NCBI RefSeq assembly: GCF_006345805.1
Contig: NC_043001.1
Coordinates: 133,176,001 to 133,240,000, forward strand
Length of the DNA: 64,000 nt
Reading direction: 5' to 3'
Origin: Octopus sinensis
Taxonomy: Eukaryota
The first letter of the stretch is position 1. Each line of letters starts with the position of its first letter. This document shows positions 51,611 to 64,000 of this stretch, piece after piece. The notes below the pieces were generated by a model. That model did no database searches. It saw only the letters and a list, made by a program, of their open reading frames with translations, and was not told where the DNA came from. A program made the translations under genes and the position numbers.

Positions 51611-52414
51611 GATGATTTGAGCATACACTTATTGATATTGTCAGTTAATATACCAATTTTAAAATATTACTGTTTACTATATCATGCTACTTTTATACTC
51701 AAATTAATCCATACTCATATAGTTTTTATTTAATTTGTAATTTTAAGTATTAAATCTTCATTCTTACAATATATTAATTATTCAGGTAGCTATCAACAAT
51801 TGTGTACATTTAAAGTGTACTCACTGCCCTCATCAAATATGCTATAGTCTATAAATATTTTCCTATCAACTGAACAAATCCTGTATATCCACCACTGTAA
51901 CCTAAATTCCATCGTAATAAGATGATTTATAATCCATCATAATAAGATGATTTATAACACTTTATCTTTTCCTTAACCTCTCTTTCCTCTTCTATTTAGC
52001 TTAACCCTTTCTTATCTACACACATTACACTGACCAACCCACTACACAGCCAGTTATCCTTAAATATACTTTATTTTGGTAACTTATCTCTCTACTCTGA
52101 AATTTAAGTGTTCCACCCCATACTGCCCCCTCTGGCTAGTCTAGCTAACTAACAAGTCCAATTATTCACCCCTCTGCTATTGCAATTCTACACATTGTCT
52201 CATCCACACCATCCTCCTTAGTATACAATAAGTCCGCAACTACATTGGGATATGGAAGCACTCCGTCGGTTACGACGATGAGAGTTCCGGTTGATCCGAC
52301 CATTTTTAATTGTTAACAAATGGATCACTCAAGTATTTGCTGAAAAATCAATACTTCATTGATTGTTGCTAGCAAACATTAATGTATGTTTATTTGTGTG
52401 TTTGTATGTGTGTG

Positions 52415-52672
52415 GTGGAAGCGCTCTGTCGGTTACGACGATGAGGGTTCCGGTTGATCCGAATCAACGGAACAGCCTACTCGTGAAATTAACGTGTAAG
52501 TGGCTGAGCACTCCACAGACACGTGTACCCTTAACGTAGTTCTCGGGGATATTCAGCGTGACACAGAGAGTGACAAGGCTGGCCCTTTGAAATACAGGTA
52601 CAACAGAAACAGGAAGAAAGAGTGAGAGAAAGTTGCAGCGAAAGAGCACAGCAGGGATCACCACCATCCCCT
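52415..52672 (-). mobile_element. Probable SINE family E 3' portion (second short tail piece at ~52253-52300)
   Basis: ggaagc.ctc.gtcggttacgacgatgag.gttccggttgatccga is shared by both pieces. Confidence 0.5.
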
Positions 52673-52916
52673 TAAAACATCATAACAGTTAGTCAAAGTC
52701 CTTTCATTGCCATTCACAATCTCTTCAATGACATGCCCTCTCTCTTCAAGGTTTGCCCTGGGTCTTATTTTCATCTCTTTAAGTTTGGTACTTATTCTAT
52801 TGGGCTCTTTTGACAAACCACTAAGTTACAGGTATGTAAACACATCAACAGTGGTTGTGAAGCAGTGGTGGTGGGGACAAACACAGACACAAAGATGCAC
52901 ACACACACACACAAAC

Positions 52917-53640
52917 TAGGAGTGGTTGTGTGGTAAAAAGCTTGCTTTCCAACCACATGGTTCCAGGTTCAGTCCCACTGTCTGGCACCAGCCAAAGCCT
53001 TGTGAGTGGATTTGGTAGACGGAAACTGAAAGAAGCCTGTTTTGTTTGTGTGTGTGTGTGTGTTTGTTCCCCCACCATCGCTTGACAGCCGATATTGGTG
53101 TGTCTACGACCCCGTAACTTAGCAGTTCGGCAAAAGTGACTGGTAGAATAAGAACCTTTAAAAACCTTTAAAAGAAATTATTGTATACAGTGCTCAGGTG
53201 CACCACAACTTGTCAGAAAGTGCATATAAAGTACATGCAGTAATGTAGAAATGTCTGGAAAGCGAACAATGTATGAGTCAGATACATGCTTGTGTGTGTA
53301 TGGAGGGGAGAAAATCAGGTGTAGTGTTGGCGAACCTCAGGAAGCATGGAAGTTTTGAAGGATGCAGTGCTCCGACAACTAACAACCGATGCAGGCAGTT
53401 TGTTCCATGCTTCAGCAACTCTCAGCGTGAAAAAATGTTTCCTGAAGTCATGGGAGCTGTGCTGTTTTCTGACTTTGTAAATATGTCCACGGGTGTTAGA
53501 TGGGTGGAGTTTGAAAAGGTGCTATTGTTATAAGTATTAGGCTTACAGAGAAGAAGTTCTGTGATTGATTTGTTCAATTAAAGGTGGTACTCCAGCATGA
53601 CTGCAGTCAAAATGACTGGAACAAGTAAAGGAATAAAAGA
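52917..53640 (+). mobile_element. SINE family A interrupted by a CR1-type 3' end (53175-53520, -)
   Basis: Head at 52917; tail resumes at ~53530. Confidence 0.7.
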
Positions 53641-53653
53641 TTACACACGCATG

Positions 53654-53685
<32 letters not shown>

Positions 53686-54326
53686 TAGGTTCAATCCTCC
53701 TGATGGAGAGGATTCATCAGCAAGAGTTCTGTACTGGTGCCACATAAAAGGCACATGTAGCACTGTTTAATGTAGCACATTTAAGTGCCTGTTTAATGCC
53801 ATTTAAAAGAGCCCATGAGGTGCCACGTAAAAGCATCTGTGTGGTGCCACATAAAAGTGCCCGTGTGGTGCCATGTAAAATGTAATCATATATATATATA
53901 CGTAATGATATATGTAATGATATATATATACGACAAGCTTCTTTCAGTTTCCATTTATGAAATCCACTCACAATTGCTTTGGTTGCTCATGGCTCTTGTA
54001 GAAGACACTTGCCCAAGGTACGATGCCATGGGAGTGGATCTGGAACCATGTGGTTGGGAAGCAAACTTCTTTACAACACAGCCATGCCTGATGTATATAT
54101 GTATGTATATGTATGTATATATATGTATATATATATATATATATACATATACATACATATATACATATAAATACATATATATATATATTATAATATATAC
54201 TATATATATATGTGTGTATATATAATATATATATATGTATTATATATATATATATGTATTATATACATATATATATATAAATATATATACATATATATAT
54301 ATAAATAATATATATAATATATATAC

Positions 54327-54376
<50 letters not shown>

Positions 54377-54399
54377 GTATATGTATATATATGTATATA

Positions 54400-56550
54400 T
54401 ATATGTCCCAATGTGCAGGGCCAGCACACACAAGAATAAAAACAGGATCCCTAGAGAAAGGAGGATTCTTATGAGACGACGGACAAGGATTGCAAACCCG
54501 CCTGAGCAAGCACACCAAAAGTGGTGAGAAGTCTCGGCTCGAAGAATGCTAATGGAAACTGAGAAAAGTCTACATCAGTCCCATGAAAAGGAGAGAGATA
54601 AAGAAGCTTGGGTAATAGAAAATATAAAATCAAACCCTAAAGCTTTCTTTAAGTTTGCCAAAGAGACAGCCACAGTGCACCAGAGAATAGGAACCTCTCT
54701 TCCAAAAAGATGGCTCTCTCACAGGAAATCCCACGAGGATAAGTGAAATACTGAACGAACAGTTCCAAATGTGTTTCACTACACCTCTAGGACACAGGCA
54801 AGTAAACAACCCAGAAGAATTCTTTGCCACTTTACCAGCGGCCAAAGAGACAAAAATTGAGTACATCAACATCGAAGAAGATGATATCACACTAGCCATT
54901 GATGAGATTGACACAAACTCAGCTGCTGGACCTGATGGATTCCCAGCGATCCTTCTCAAATCGTGCAAACGAGCCCTTGCAAAACCGCTACAGCTTCTTT
55001 TTCAGAGCTTTCTTGCAAGTGGTAAGCTCCCCCAGTCAAACTGAAAGAGGGGTAATATGCCCTATCCATAAGGGAGGTAGCAGAGCAGATGCTAAAAATT
55101 ATAGGCCTATCTCTCTGACCTCACACATCAGCAAAGTCATGGAACGAATAGTCCGTAAGAAACTAATCATGTTCCTTGAAGAAATGACTTACTGTCTGAC
55201 ACCCAGCATGGATTTCGACCAGGTAGAGGCCTGCCTAACACAGCTCCTGCAGCACTATGACTGGGTGTTGAAACAGCTACTAATGGCTCAAATGTGGATG
55301 TAATATATCTTGACTTTGCAAAAGCCTTTGATAAGTCGACCATGGTATGATCTGTCATAAACTGCGTGGTCTCGGCATAGGCGGGAAACTTGGAGAGTGG
55401 CTTGCACACTTCCTAAAAAAGAACAGACAGGCAGTTGTGAGCAATGGAGCCACCTCCAGGAAACGCAAATAACAAGCGGTGTCCCACAGGGCACTGTCTT
55501 GGGGCCACTGATGTTCATAGTGGCCTTTCAGACGCCTTCAGTTGCTACGATGACCACCCTTGCTAGCTATGCAGATGACACAAAGGTCTCCCACGCAATA
55601 CAGAACCCTGAAAATATTGCGCATCTGCAACATGAGCTGACACAATATACAGGTGGGCTGAGGACAACAACATGCAGTTTAATGCAGGTAAGTTCCAGGC
55701 CCTGCGCTACTGGCACACAAGGTAAATGACGTGAAGACTGGATACACTGGCCCAGGAAGAATTGCAATCCCTGAGTCAAAATCAGTGCGCGTGACCTGGG
55801 CATTGACATGAGCATGATGCATCTTTCCAAATGCATATTGCTAATCTGGTGATAAAATGCAGACGGCTAGCTGGATGGATTCTCCGAACTTTCAGAACAA
55901 GAGAGAAGGAGACACTGATGGTCCTATGGAAAACTTTGTCCTCAGCCGCTTGGACTACTGCTCCCAACTTTGGTCACCACACAATATAAAACAAACAGCA
56001 GAACTCGAAGCAACTCAGAGAAGCTAACACAAAGAAATCGTCTCAATGCAAAATGTCAGCTACTGGGAAAGACTGAAGGTATTAAACCTCTTCTCCCTGG
56101 AGCGGAGGCGGGAGAGTATGCAGTAATATACATCTGGAAAATCCTGGAGGGTCTTATCCCAAACTTTGGCATTCAAAGTTACTCCAAACGCAGAACGGGG
56201 CGCCGCTGCGTGGTGCCAAGGATTCCAACATCACCATCAAAATACAGGTCCAGATACTGCAACAGCTTGGGTTTCAGAGGACCACAGCTTTTCAACATCC
56301 TCCCTAAATGCCTGAGAGACTTACATGGTGTGGATGTGGGTTTCTTTAAAACTAACTGGATCTCTTCTTGTGGAAGTCCCAGATGAACCTACCTCACGAC
56401 AGGAGACGCGGATGCGGGCAGCAGCATCGAACTCCCTTGTTGATCAAGTGCCACGTATCAGAGGTGGATTCACAACTAGTGTGGCTCATTCAGCGGTGGT
56501 GCCCCAGCATGGCCGCGGCCTTCGGGCTAAAACATTTTTAAGGATTTAAG
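54400..56550 (+). mobile_element. CR1/Jockey-group LINE RT region, heavily frameshifted, with intact 3' end
   Basis: AAGPDGFPAILLK; KNYRPISLTSHISKVMERIV; YLDFAKAFD; SGVPQGTVLGPLMF; YADDTK; GPQLFNILP. Confidence 0.9.
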
Positions 56551-56554
56551 ATTT

Positions 56555-57120
<566 letters not shown>

Positions 57121-57690
57121 AACCCAGCACAGAAATTACCATTTTAAGTCTGGTATTTATTCTATCAGCCCCTTTTGCTGAACTACTAAGTTACAGGGAT
57201 GTAAACAAACCAATACTGGGCTATCAAACAGTAGCAGGAACAAACTCACACACACACACACATACACACACACACACACACACAACACATGATGAGTTTC
57301 TACACTTTCTTCCTACTAAATTCACTCACAAGGAATTGGTCATTCTAGGGCTTTAGTAGAAGGCACTTACCCAGGGTGTCATGCAGTGGGACTGAACCCC
57401 AAGCCGCATGACTGCAAAACAAACTTCTTAATTACACAGCTATGCCTCCTCAAATTTTCTCCCTGCTTATTTTTTTTTTTCCTGCCGCTGTCAGCTTGCA
57501 GCAGTTCCTGTAGATCATTGACAACATTGATGTAACCAGTCTCAGAGAACCTATGAAAGCTATGGACACCTCTTTCTTTGGATAAAATAATTTTTAAGGA
57601 AAAAAATTCCTGCTTTGCTGTTGTAATATAAAATTTCTCAGTGATGCTGTTTGAAGTATATATTAATTGTTTTATTTGTGTAATTCATAG

Positions 57691-57960
57691 TTTTTCCGGA
57701 GTTCTGAATTACTGAAGAGAAAAGATATTGACACAGGTGAAGGAAATTCAGGGAATTTCCTGAACAATAGTTTGCATGGATCTGATGAGAGATTACCGAA
57801 AACTGAGGATGATACCAGTTATGCGGGCCGATACCAGAAGATGCGCAATGCAGACTTTAAGTATAAAGTGTACACAGTTGATGATTACAGAAAAATGCAG
57901 AAAGAAGTGAAGTTAGGAAGACTCGGACCTGATCTTGATAGTGAGAACTTGAAAGAAAAG
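57691..57960 (+). CDS. JHY: JHY-like coding exon (90 codons)
   Basis: Acceptor ttcatag|, donor AAG|GTGAGA, phase 0/0, no stops. YKVYTVDDYRKMQKEVKLGRLGPD resembles my recollection of the conserved JHY C-terminal domain. Confidence 0.8.
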
Positions 57961-58023
57961 GTGAGATCTGAATTTCTAAAATTATTTATGTACATCTAAA
58001 CACATCCAAACACATACACACAC

Positions 58024-58770
58024 ATCATTATCATCGTTTAACGTCTGTTTTCCATGCTAGCATGGGTTGAACAGTTCGACCGAGGTCTGGGAAGCCAGGA
58101 GGCTGCACCAGGCTCCAGTCTGATCTGACAGTGTTTCTACAGCTGGATGCCCTTCCTAACACCAACCACTGTGTGAGTGTAGTGGGTGCTTTTTATGTGC
58201 CACCGGCACAGGTGCCAGGGGAGGCTGGCAGCAGGCAGCTGACTTGGCAGACACCCATAAAATTATCAACCATCACACAAACAATAACTCTGAGCACCTC
58301 TTCAAACTCCACCCATCTAACACCCGTGGACATATTTACAAAGTCAGAAAACAGCACAGCTCCCATGACTTCAGGAAACATTTTTTCACGCTCAAAGTTG
58401 CTGAAGCATGGAACAAACTGCCAGCATCGGTTGTTAGTTGTCGGAGCACTGCATCCTTCAAAACTTCCATGCTTCCTGAGATTCGCCAACACTACACTTG
58501 ATTTTCTCCCCTCCATACACACACAAGCATGTATCTGACTCATACATTGTTCGCTTTCCAGACATTTCTACATTGCTGCATGTACTTTATATGCACTTTC
58601 TGACAAGTTGTGGTGCACCTGAGCACTGTATACAATAATTTCATTATTATTATTATTATTATTATTTTATGTGCCACCAGCATGGAAGATAGTCATGGCG
58701 GTGCTGGCATCGGCCACATTCGAATGGTGCTTTACACACATATATATAATGTTCGGATGGTGCTTTACAC
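58024..58770. mobile_element. RTE family D tail (-) interrupted by a CR1-type 3' end (58226-58670, +)
   Basis: Repeat units resume after the (ATT)n tail of the CR1 piece. Confidence 0.75.
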
Positions 58771-59454
58771 ATATATATATATAAACATGTGCACATATAT
58801 AAACACACACACACACACGCAACTACAAGTAGATTTGATAAACTGCTATTCCACATATACATGTTGTCAGAGTTTATATTTCGCTTCATGGGGTAAAGTG
58901 GATTCAGGATGAATCTCTTCCTGAATTGGACAGTAGTCTATTATTGAAGTTATCATTCCTAAATGATTTGGTACCCATTGTCAGCAATGACAAGATAGAT
59001 AAAAATAACAATCTCTGAACTATAATGAAATGCTTGTTGTGGATTTGAACCAAGGTCCTTGAGAGTAAGAGGACCAGTATCTTATCTATTTAACCATCCA
59101 GCATTTATTATTCAAATATTTGTGCACACTCACACATGATCACACAATGTATCCAAGGCCATTAAAAACTATACTTTTCTGAAGAATTCTAATAGTACTC
59201 AATCATATCCAGAGTTGTTTTTTACTATTTTACCAGAATTAATCATTAAGTAAATGATTCTTCTTTGCTATTAATGTAATTTTATCAATTAAAATTCCTT
59301 GTCTCCTTACAATATTTGGAAGTAGGTTAACAATGGCATTACCAATGATTTATAGGTGACAAGAAATTGGATTTTGTAATAGTCATGCTATTCTCAGTGA
59401 CATCAGCAAGATTAATTAAAAGAACTAGATTTGATTCATCTAAGCTCTGGCGTC

Positions 59455-59800
59455 TGGCGACGGACTTGGTAAACACCCACAAAGTTATCAACCACCTCAC
59501 CAACAACAACACTGAACACCTTTTTGATTTCCATGTGTCTAACACACGTGGACATGCCTACAAAGTCAGAAAACAACACAGCTCCCATGACTTTCGGAAA
59601 CATTTTTTCACTCTCAGAGTTGCTGAAGCATGGAATAAACTGCCTGCGTCAGTTGTTGACTGCCATGACACTGCATTCTTTAAGGCCCTCATGCTTTCCG
59701 AAATCCGCCGAAACTACACCTGATTATATATACACAATTTAGATGAGTTGTAGTGCACCTGAGCACTGTACACAATATTTTTTATTATTATTATTATTAT
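59455..59800 (+). mobile_element. CR1/L2-type LINE 3' end
   Basis: TRGHAYKVRKQHSSHDFRKHFFTLRVAEAWNKLP. Confidence 0.8.
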
Positions 59801-59899
59801 ATAATATATCTTACTCTCTGAATATAGATGAAGTGAACTATTATAATGTCTATGAATTGTGAATTAACTTTGTCATCAAGTTTAAAATGTTGCTTTCAG

Positions 59900-60040
59900 C
59901 TTGAGAAACGTCAAAGACAAGCAGAATATGCTCGCAGAGTTCATGAAGAAAATAAAACATCACTCAGTTCCAAACCGTTAGCTCCTCCTCCTTGTCCACC
60001 ACAGTCATTTACAAAAGAGCAGGAAAACAGGAGAAAAATG
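59900..60040 (+). CDS. JHY: JHY-like coding exon (47 codons)
   Basis: Acceptor tgctttcag|, donor ATG|GTAATA, phase 0/0. Encodes LEKRQRQAEYARRVHEENK...ENRRKM. Confidence 0.8.
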
Positions 60041-60154
60041 GTAATATTACATATGTGCATGTATATATATATATATAATATATATGTGTGTGTATGTATA
60101 TATATATATGCAAATTATTTAGCGATTTACAACAGAATGTGAAAAGAGACAATG

Positions 60155-60204
<50 letters not shown>

Positions 60205-60222
60205 TGTCAAATGATGGAAATG

Positions 60223-60292
<70 letters not shown>

Positions 60293-60878
60293 GTTAACCT
60301 TGTAAAGGGATGGTTGCATCCAAGGAAATATTGGTTTTATACCTAGTCATTTTGAGAAATGAAATTTCTTTAAATCAGTAGATATGTATTAAGAACAAAG
60401 TTCTTGTTCAGTTAAATGAAGGAAAGAAAATAGCGAATTAAGATAATAATATTTATTATTAAAAAATTGATAATCTTTACTTCTTACAGTCATTTCCATT
60501 AGTCCTCAATAGGTAAATTACAAATTTCTGCTTTAAATTTGCATTTATATATTATGAACATAATTTCATCAAAGATAAGATATTACATGTGGACCCTCTG
60601 AACATGAACTTTATATATAAGATATATATATATATTTCAAAAAATGTTTCCTCTTAAATCGGTTTTAAATACTGGCTAACCACAGTGAATGTTGGTGATA
60701 TCTGAGTTAGTAATAAGTTACTTGATTCCAGTAATTTATCACACTTGGTAAATCCGAGTGTCATTTCTGGGACTGCATAGCTTCCATAGAGTAAGTAATA
60801 GTATTAATAATGGTCAGGTAAACAGAAATTTTCCTCATCTATCATTTTATTAAATAGTTATTAGCACCATTCTTTCGA

Positions 60879-60963
60879 GGACCTACACATGTTTCAACTG
60901 CATCAACTGCACACTGTTAGGTGTGCATTTTGTGGTATTGTATATGCAGCTTCTTCAGGGTCC
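60879..60963 (-). ncRNA. Apparently intact type-I hammerhead ribozyme
   Basis: GGACC-CUGAAGA-AGCUGCAU[loop]AUGCAGUU-GAAAC-AUGU-GUA-GGUCC: 5-bp stem I, 8-bp stem II, full core and GUA triplet. Confidence 0.75.
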
Positions 60964-61300
60964 AGTATTTACTGACATTCAAAGTTAAGCTGAAGAAATC
61001 AAAAAGCTGAATGAATAGAGTGTCTTTTAGGAGGTGTTGGTATTACTATAAATAATATCATTCTTAACCCAAGGTTTACCTTTGCTAGTTTGGTATGTGG
61101 GGTTTGGTATAGTTTTAAAAATAGGCCAAGGTCAGGAGTTTGTGTAGGTTCATTAGTATTAATATTATCTTATTTGAGAGAGGATTTTTATTTTTAGAGG
61201 TATGTATTCAATTTTGGTTTATTATTTATTTTTGTTTTCACAATTCTTATTCTATTAATTTATAATTTTCTTGCTCAAATAAATATAATGCATTTATATC

Positions 61301-61632
61301 CATGGCTCAGTGGTTAGAGCGTCGAGCTTACGATCGTGAGGTTGTGAGCTCGAATCCCGGACCGGGCTGCGTGTTGTGTTCTTGAGCAAGGCACTTTATT
61401 TCACGTTGCTCCAGTTCACTCAGCTGTAGAAATGAGTTGCGACGTCTCTGGTGCCAAGCTGTATCGACCTTTGTCTTTCCCTTGGATAACACTGGTGGCG
61501 TGGAGAGGGGAGGCTGGTATGCATGGGCGACTGCTGGTCTTCCATAAACAACCTTGCCCGGACTTGTGTCTAGGAGGGTAACTTTCTAGGTGCAATCCCA
61601 TGGTCATTCATGACCGAAGGGGGTCTTTACCC
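61301..61632 (+). mobile_element. SINE family B
   Basis: TSD TTTATATC at 61293-61300 and 61633-61640. Confidence 0.9.
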
Positions 61633-62404
61633 TTTATATCAATCTATTAAACATAAGTTTACTATTCTACTCATTTGGAAGAGAATTTTAATTTTTAGAG
61701 GTGTTCATCTAAATTTGGTTTATTATTTGTTTTTTGTTTTCACTGTTGTTATTCTAGTAATAAATAATTTATAATTTTCTTGCTTATTATGTATATGTTT
61801 ATTTGAATCTATTAAACGTACACTTATTTGCATGGATGCACCTTAAACTATGCTGAATGAATAGAGTGTCTTTTAGGAGATATGAGAAAGATAATTTATT
61901 TTATAAAATCCTAGAGTGTATTGCAAACTTTTGTTCTTCAAGACTGTGCTGATTGGAACCAGTGGGAGAAGTAGTGTTGGTAATGAGGGGGCAGTTGTGG
62001 CAGCAGAATCTGGAGCACGGGAAGGATCTGGGTGGGGCTGGAGGGTGAGGAGAAGGTGCTACAGACCAGAAGATCGCATAGGTTCCGGGCACATTTAAAG
62101 GGGGACAAGGGTGGGTTGGGGAAAATGTGATGGGATGATGGGATCGAGCTGGAGACGATGGAAGGCCCATAGGATCCTCCGACAAAGGGGTAGGGTTGAG
62201 GGGTGGTCCCATCTTTACATTCTGAGTTTCAGTTCTGTTGATGTTGACTTAGCCTTTCATCCTTTCAAAGTTGATATTTTAAGTACCAGTGAAACACTGG
62301 GTTGGATGTAATCAACTAGTCCCCTCTCCTAAAATTCCAGGCCTTGTGCCTTTAGTAGAAAGGATTATTATTATTTTGAAAGCGGTGTAATGATAACAAT
62401 AGTA

Positions 62405-62750
62405 ATCATCATCATCATCATCATCATCATTTAATGTCTGTTTTCCATGCTAGCATGGGTTGGATGGTTCGACTGGGGTCTGGGAAGCCAGGGGCTGCTC
62501 CAGGCTCCAGTCTGATCTGGCACAGTTTCTACAGCTGGATGCCCTTCCTAACGCCAACCACTCCGCGAGTGTAGTGGGTGCTTTTTATGTGCCACCGGCA
62601 CAGAAGCCAGTCGGGGCGGCGCTGGCATCAGCCACATTCGGATAGTGCTTTTTATGTGCCACCGGCACAGGCATCACAGCTACTATTTCTATTGATATTT
62701 ATTTCGACGTTCATGTTCATGTACTTGACTCAACAGGTCTCCTCAATAGT
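62405..62750 (-). mobile_element. RTE family D tail with two repeat units
   Basis: (CAT)n tail and the conserved 3' block. Confidence 0.75.
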
Positions 62751-63170
62751 AATTATTATTATTGTTGTTATTATTGTCATTTTGTGTTTATTCCAAATTT
62801 TCTGTTTTTATATGTTCTTGTACATTCTTTGTGTTATTTCTCAAATCATCGAAACAGCAAGAGAAATCTTTCAATGGAGAAACGTTCAGGTGACTCATGG
62901 TTTGAGCTGTTCCACAATCACACCACAAAAGGGATTACATGTGTCTTCATTTCACTTTGGTGTCTCTGGTGAAGCCTAATCTAATTTGATGAAGACATTT
63001 AAAAATTACATTATGTGGAGTATGAGCTCTTTGACAAATTTTTTTGGATGAGCATTTTCATCACAACACTAGTCAAAAATGTTTTACAAATTATACAAAC
63101 TTCATTTTCAGTCTAATTTATACCCTTGACAGTAATATGCAGTTTATAAGTATGTAAAAATACAACAATA

Positions 63171-63570
63171 GGCGCAGGAGTGGCTGTGTGGTAAGTAGCT
63201 TGCTAACCAACCACATGGTTCCGGGTTCAGTCCCACTGCGTAGCATCTTGGGTAAGTGTCTTCTGCTATAGCCCCAGGCCGACCAATGCCTTGTGAGTGG
63301 ATTTGGTAGACGGAAACTGAAAGAAGCCTGTCGTATATATGTATATATATTTATGTATGTGTGTGTTTGTCCCCCTAGCATTGCTTGACAACCGATGCTG
63401 GTGTGTTTACGTCCGCGTCACTTAGCGGTTTGGCAAAAGAGACCGATAGAATAAGTACTGGGCTTACAAAGAATAAGTGCCGTGGTCGATTTGCTCGACT
63501 AAAGGCAGTGCTCCAGCATGGCCGCAGTCAAATGACTGAAACAAGTAAAAGAGTAAAAGAGTAAAGAGTA
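63171..63570 (+). mobile_element. SINE family A, full length
   Basis: tRNA-like A/B boxes, internal microsatellite, 3' stem-loop and (GAGTAAAA)n tail. Confidence 0.9.
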
Positions 63571-63644
63571 ACTATATTATCAAAAGTTGATCGTTTTTTT
63601 TTTTAATACATACATACATATATATATGGTGTTTCTTCTGACAG

Positions 63645-63875
63645 GCCATTGAATATTCAAAAACAGTTCCCAAACCTGCAGTAAAACCAGTTCCTTTGAA
63701 AGAAGAGAAACAGAGACCAGTTCAGAAAACATCTCCTTTAAAAGATGATGCCCCAGTTTCGAAACCTTCTTCTATATTGTTTAAGACAGATGAAATTGAA
63801 AAGTTACGTGAGCAACACGAACAAGACAAGAAGGCTGCAGAAGCCATACGACAAAGATTAAATGTGAAAAGTTGA
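63645..63875 (+). CDS. JHY: JHY-like last coding exon (76 codons plus TGA)
   Basis: Acceptor ttcttctgacag|. Encodes AIEYSKTVPKP...EIEKLREQHEQDKKAAEAIRQRLNVKS*, matching the recalled JHY pattern ALEYAKTIPKP plus a terminal L..RHE.EK helix. Missed by the ORF track because it has no internal start. Confidence 0.8.
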   Translation, partial: AIEYSKTVPKPAVKPVPLKEEKQRPVQKTSPLKDDAPVSKPSSILFKTDEIEKLREQHEQDKKAAEAIRQRLNVKS

Positions 63876-64000
63876 AAAAAGGCATCAAAATCCAGGTAAC
63901 TGAACAATACAGATCAACACTGATCTGTTGGGACCCCAGCATTATATACACACATATATATACACAATCTGAATAATATATATATATATATCAACACTGA

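Noticed and set aside
57782-57801. CTGATGA...GAAA hammerhead-like core in a JHY exon
   Set aside because: No stem II or stem I pairing; a chance match in coding sequence.

Overview
AT-rich, repeat-dense animal genomic DNA, most likely a cephalopod such as Octopus (inferred from the SINE/LINE and microsatellite landscape, not proven). One host gene is supported: a + strand JHY-like (C11orf63/DUF4591-type) ciliary gene. Its four coding exons (34524-36113, 57691-57960, 59900-60040, 63645-63875) splice in frame through three phase-0 GT-AG introns to about 743 aa. A candidate promoter and non-coding first exon lie near 19.2-19.43 kb, with an RFX X-box directly abutting a forkhead site. Most of the rest is transposon debris: RTE, CR1-type and R4-like LINEs, Penelope-like element (PLE) relics, at least four SINE families, Helitrons, mariner, pogo and MULE/Merlin-type MITEs, and large microsatellites. 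Most short ORFs in the track are microsatellite or repeat artefacts. The main hidden signal is a set of about nine PLE-type hammerhead-ribozyme motifs. One (60879-60963, antisense to JHY) appears fully intact, two carry the U3-A8 core variant, and two sit in an inverted pair. Other highlights are a SINE and a LINE sharing a covarying 3' stem-loop, a minisatellite packed with STAT/NF-kB-like motifs, and a LINE insertion with a locally templated 112-bp patch. All structures were read by eye; no database search or folding program was run, and repeat boundaries are approximate unless TSDs or TIRs are quoted.
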